From Candidatus Micrarchaeia archaeon (GTDB lineage Archaea > Micrarchaeota > Micrarchaeia > Norongarragalinales > CAINOH01): 64,000 nucleotides of DNA. Under the pieces are notes generated by a model. The model had not been told where the DNA came from, did not search any database, and saw nothing but the letters and a program-made list of their open reading frames with translations. Of this stretch, positions 62,001 to 64,000 are shown in pieces. Numbering within the stretch: position 1 is the stretch's first letter; every line of letters begins with the position of its first letter. Where the stretch lies: the NCBI GenBank assembly GCA_041663565.1, contig JBAYMJ010000001.1:1259-65258 (forward strand), in the 5' to 3' direction. The translations under genes and the position numbers were made by a program.

Positions 62001-64000
62001 CTCTGTGGTGATCTTGGCGTAGTCCTTGGGCGAATAGGAAATGATGTCCGGCGCGGCCTCGCGGGTGGGCACCGGGCAGTTGTCAAATGGGATGGTGATG
62101 TTTGCCACTCGGCTTCCGTCGGTCGAGTTGAACGTCATCATGACAGTCGAGTTTGCTGTCATCGGGTACAGCGTAAGCGACGTCCTGCTTCCCCGCGGCA
62201 CGGCAAAGAACAGCGGGGTTGAAAGCGACTGGTTGGCGCCTCCAATCTCCACCAGGAGGCCGGGGGCGTACGCCTGCACGGTGACGGACCCGGGCGCGGA
62301 CAGGGTGTTTGAGACGTTCAGGACCGCGGGCCGGTTGCACCTGTGGCTGCTTGCGGTGTTGGAGACGCGCGAGGGCGACACCGAGAGGAACTCGCTGGAC
62401 GCGGATTCCGCGCAGTTTGAATAGGCGACCGTGCGAGTTGACTGGCTCCCGTCGCGGGCGGACGCCGTGATTGTGACCGAGCAGGACTTGCCCCAGGCTG
62501 CGGGGGCTATGGTGATGCGGCCCTGGCTTTGGAAGCCAAGCGGGAGGAAGTACGTCAGGCCGGACTGGATTATCTGCGACGTGTTGTCGGTCCACGGCGC
62601 GTCGGTGCCGTTGCGCACCTGCGAAAACCCGGTCACGCCGATGCACCCGGATTTGGATGCGGTTACCGAGACGTTCGTGTCAAGCACGTGGCCGTTGTAG
62701 ACGTCGACTTCGCCCTCCTCGCCGCACGCCTCGACATCCGAAGTTTCTACGGATAGGAAGTCGACGCCGTCGACCGTAATCTGCTCCCTTGCGTCGAGGT
62801 AGTCCGGGTGAGTTGCCACTATGTCGAACGCACCCTTTTCCGACGTGAATACGTTGGGAATCCAATATTTGCCCGAGATTCCCTGCAGCGGGTCCGCAAT
62901 GGAGCCTCCGAGCACGGAGTACTTGCGCCCCGAGAACGTGGTGCCGGTAGTCTCGTTGAGGGTGATGAGCGCGTCCTCTACTGCCGAGGAGGAATAGTAG
63001 TCGGAAAGCGAGACGTTGAGCGTGTACGTGCCCGCGACGCTCATGTTGTCGGGGGTTGCATAGATGCGGAGCTTCCCGACCCCTGTCTGGGTGACGTAGC
63101 CGTATGCGCGCGAAAGCTTGGTGTCGCCGTCGTAAAGGTCGGCGTAGAATGCCGAGAAGTCGGCCTTGTCCGCAAACGTCACGTTGAGCAGGATTACCGC
63201 GCTCGAGTAGAACGGCGTGAGGTTCAGGTCAACCCCAGTCCTTGCGCCCGCGTCACCCGAGAGGTTCTGCACGTCGGTCGAGACGTTGTATTCGTGCAGC
63301 CGCGCCTTCTGCGAGGCAGAGAAGACGACTATGCGCGGGTTGACAACGGCACGGAGCAAGTCAACGCTCACCCGGGCGTAGAACGACCTGCCGATTATCC
63401 CCTTGTATTGGGAAGTCTGGTTGGAGTCGGAATCGTAGAAGCCCACGCTTATGCACGCGTTTGTGCCGCAGTAGGATTTTCCCGAACCGACCGAGTAGTC
63501 GCGGTAGTCGGATTTTGCGTAGCACCAGTCGCGGGTCTCCGAGCGGTTCGACGAGCCGAAGTCGGCATCTGCCGGGATGTGCAAATAGGAATCGACTGCG
63601 CTTGACGGGGTGTACCACGCCGAACTTGAGACGCGCAGCTTCTCGTCGGTGTACGCGTTGTCCTTCACCAGGACGCGCGCGACCACTTCACGCACCCCGC
63701 TTGCGTTGTCCAATAGGTAGTAAGCCCACTTGTAGTAGCCCTGCTCGTTCGACGAGTTGCGCACGTCGGGAGTACAGGACACGGAGGGCCGGTAGGAGTA
63801 GCTCATCAGGTTCACGGGCACCTGCGGGTATTGCTTGGGGATTATCGCGAAGTGCTCGAGCGGGTCGAGCGCGCTGCGGTTGTCGAAGCCCGCAGTGCCT
63901 ATGCGCAGGATGAACCCGGCCTTGTATGCCGAGGCGTTCGTGGGGATGTTGACTATGAACTTAGCGTCGTACTGCGCACCGCGCTCGACTGAGGTCACGC
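59094..64000 (-). CDS. giant surface protein 3 (more than 1634 aa visible; N-terminus beyond the right edge), paralog of giant 2
   Basis: The ORF is open to the window end. The first visible residues (GAQYDAKFIVNIPTN) align with aa ~660 of giant 2 (GRQYDAKFIVNVPSG), so about 650 aa are missing. Shares YFKW/YYKW, SLDYCYA/TRDWCYA and the PS linker + Cys-rich modules (CGTGKICVNGNC, CPSGKICSNNAC). Confidence 0.8.
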   Translation of the reverse strand, partial: VTSVERGAQYDAKFIVNIPTNASAYKAGFILRIGTAGFDNRSALDPLEHFAIIPKQYPQVPVNLMSYSYRPSVSCTPDVRNSSNEQGYYKWAYYLLDNASGVREVVARVLVKDNAYTDEKLRVSSSAWYTPSSAVDSYLHIPADADFGSSNRSETRDWCYAKSDYRDYSVGSGKSYCGTNACISVGFYDSDSNQTSQYKGIIGRSFYARVSVDLLRAVVNPRIVVFSASQKARLHEYNVSTDVQNLSGDAGARTGVDLNLTPFYSSAVILLNVTFADKADFSAFYADLYDGDTKLSRAYGYVTQTGVGKLRIYATPDNMSVAGTYTLNVSLSDYYSSSAVEDALITLNETTGTTFSGRKYSVLGGSIADPLQGISGKYWIPNVFTSEKGAFDIVATHPDYLDAREQITVDGVDFLSVETSDVEACGEEGEVDVYNGHVLDTNVSVTASKSGCIGVTGFSQVRNGTDAPWTDNTSQIIQSGLTYFLPLGFQSQGRITIAPAAWGKSCSVTITASARDGSQSTRTVAYSNCAESASSEFLSVSPSRVSNTASSHRCNRPAVLNVSNTLSAPGSVTVQAYAPGLLVEIGGANQSLSTPLFFAVPRGSRTSLTLYPMTANSTVMMTFNSTDGSRVANITIPFDNCPVPTREAAPDIISYSPKDYAKITTESVPALVTVDTYAYCRIGPKNVAAKQLPYLLSQKSSSGGTYDYGTDLVYNKGSGTPFAFKPGYNTAYVGCCNPSSKGGECTTANVPISFDFQYVTPTLTPTPSPSPSPSPSPSPSPAPCTQATEQAMCGTGKICVNGNCTAGCRNDTYCNASSVCDTSTLKCVAAQCRKEFTACSKTDKGQLCCDSLVCGSAGKCLRCDPLSTYPDNGCTSTQKACTKSYACVECTRDTEKTTCPSGKICSNNACVTGTRCTKDSECTSPQVCDLDQFVCTDPAPVAASKLVSYRTDLNSFYLNGAALSSAQVTLDVSSMVPSAGFVLRIDNSHKAAKGSVSFDTDGNRLGVYELGGTKITSSIDVAANGVRDVLVTFPDMDPSVIDANSWGYGAGYLPSSEGRVRFSALSATLNVMPDFGSGRTSVPLAVQPNVVNTDNYAFSAGVFENSLNLFVPYANDLSSFDAYYFSPQHGESYSGFLFSNVMLSGAYGLGLGTTSSQPSKIVRPGFNGISNLGSASNLDQTFYVWPMHINSVKQTSHRSSNLTLARSAMAFFADPLSTGGGAVAYSAMSSKASRAMVETASLRKTYSDLGKDSIFSSAMTDALRIGDGSGGFSDVFLAAEEGAMMHVVWLEYNPASMSYGPAKDITPSFEYPGTLDEEAKLSLLASPYQKYLLAYPGQRNNMGYFCEYPGGVCNTPESSLYVKGSKGNFYRDGTSAEKAALPELASSLKVVVGGGGSGGAAYANPVSGFTEEDPQYKCPVSKMSRNGECLVAGSKDACVITASNNWIYVKSDGSRAYSAGACDSEDCTDCFSHGCDSTHFEYSNFNGGLQDKGFDPYALAYPEKRCITYEYTQYDKNCISPDSCKMCRVCSPGGGCYTIPCGIRTEWLSSFHTEYLMCGDGGNGCDDMSWRAFPTVQGGIKTEKCLRSDKRCQGCSMCSYEGSCGSPDCPYEPGFNQRFPNICPPQSICSVSTS

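Noticed and set aside
61506-63605. 238-aa and 265-aa + strand ORFs, and a 297-aa alternate-frame minus-strand ORF, inside giant gene 3
   Set aside because: All are Arg/Gly/Val/Ala-rich shadow frames of a 4.9-kb continuous ORF, which has a paralog (giant 2) conserved at the protein level.

Overview
This window looks like a high-GC archaeal chromosome fragment. Hand counts of sample lines give about 60-65% GC, with clear lower-GC patches.

**Left half (1-34.4 kb): mostly recognisable housekeeping genes.**
- A pyrimidine block pyrC-pyrB-pyrI, followed by RNase P Pop5.
- The conserved archaeal proteasome/exosome superoperon: psmA, SBDS, rrp4, rrp41, rrp42, L37Ae.
- A SpoU-type RNA methyltransferase, a TVP38/DedA membrane protein, a class IV aminotransferase and a Doc/Fic toxin.
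- tRNA-Asp(GUC), a DUF1801 protein and a CNNM/CBS transporter.
- An AT-rich islet of about 1.4 kb carrying an AlbA_2/Schlafen-like gene.
- An H-domain-only [FeFe]-hydrogenase next to a small polytopic membrane protein.
- A ZIP metal transporter and an orphan family-5 solute-binding protein.
- Bacterial-type uvrB-uvrA-(vapBC)-uvrC.
- A lipobox/(SP)n surface glycoprotein candidate.
- Class I FBP aldolase plus GlpX-type FBPase.
- An RHH-nucleotidyltransferase fusion.

**Right half (34.4-64 kb): one co-directional minus-strand cluster with almost no recognisable families.**
- A RelE-like toxin with a winged-helix partner.
- Six lineage-specific basic proteins, one of them DUF424-like.
- A tandem triplication of a 191-aa gene, which still carries a duplicated fragment of its upstream neighbour.
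- A membrane-anchored 218-aa protein.
- Three consecutive giant paralogous N-terminally anchored surface proteins (2886 aa, 2410 aa and more than 1634 aa, the last truncated by the window edge). They are built from CarboxypepD_reg-like beta-sandwich repeats, PT/SP linkers and cysteine-rich modules.

This giant-protein cluster and its lower-GC 3' tail (40.2-44.7 kb) are the most interesting part of the window. I read it as a candidate cell-surface or host-interaction system, possibly with a polymorphic tip and partner genes.

All family assignments come from motif recognition by eye. No searches were run. I saw no CRISPR array, rRNA, transposase or integrase.
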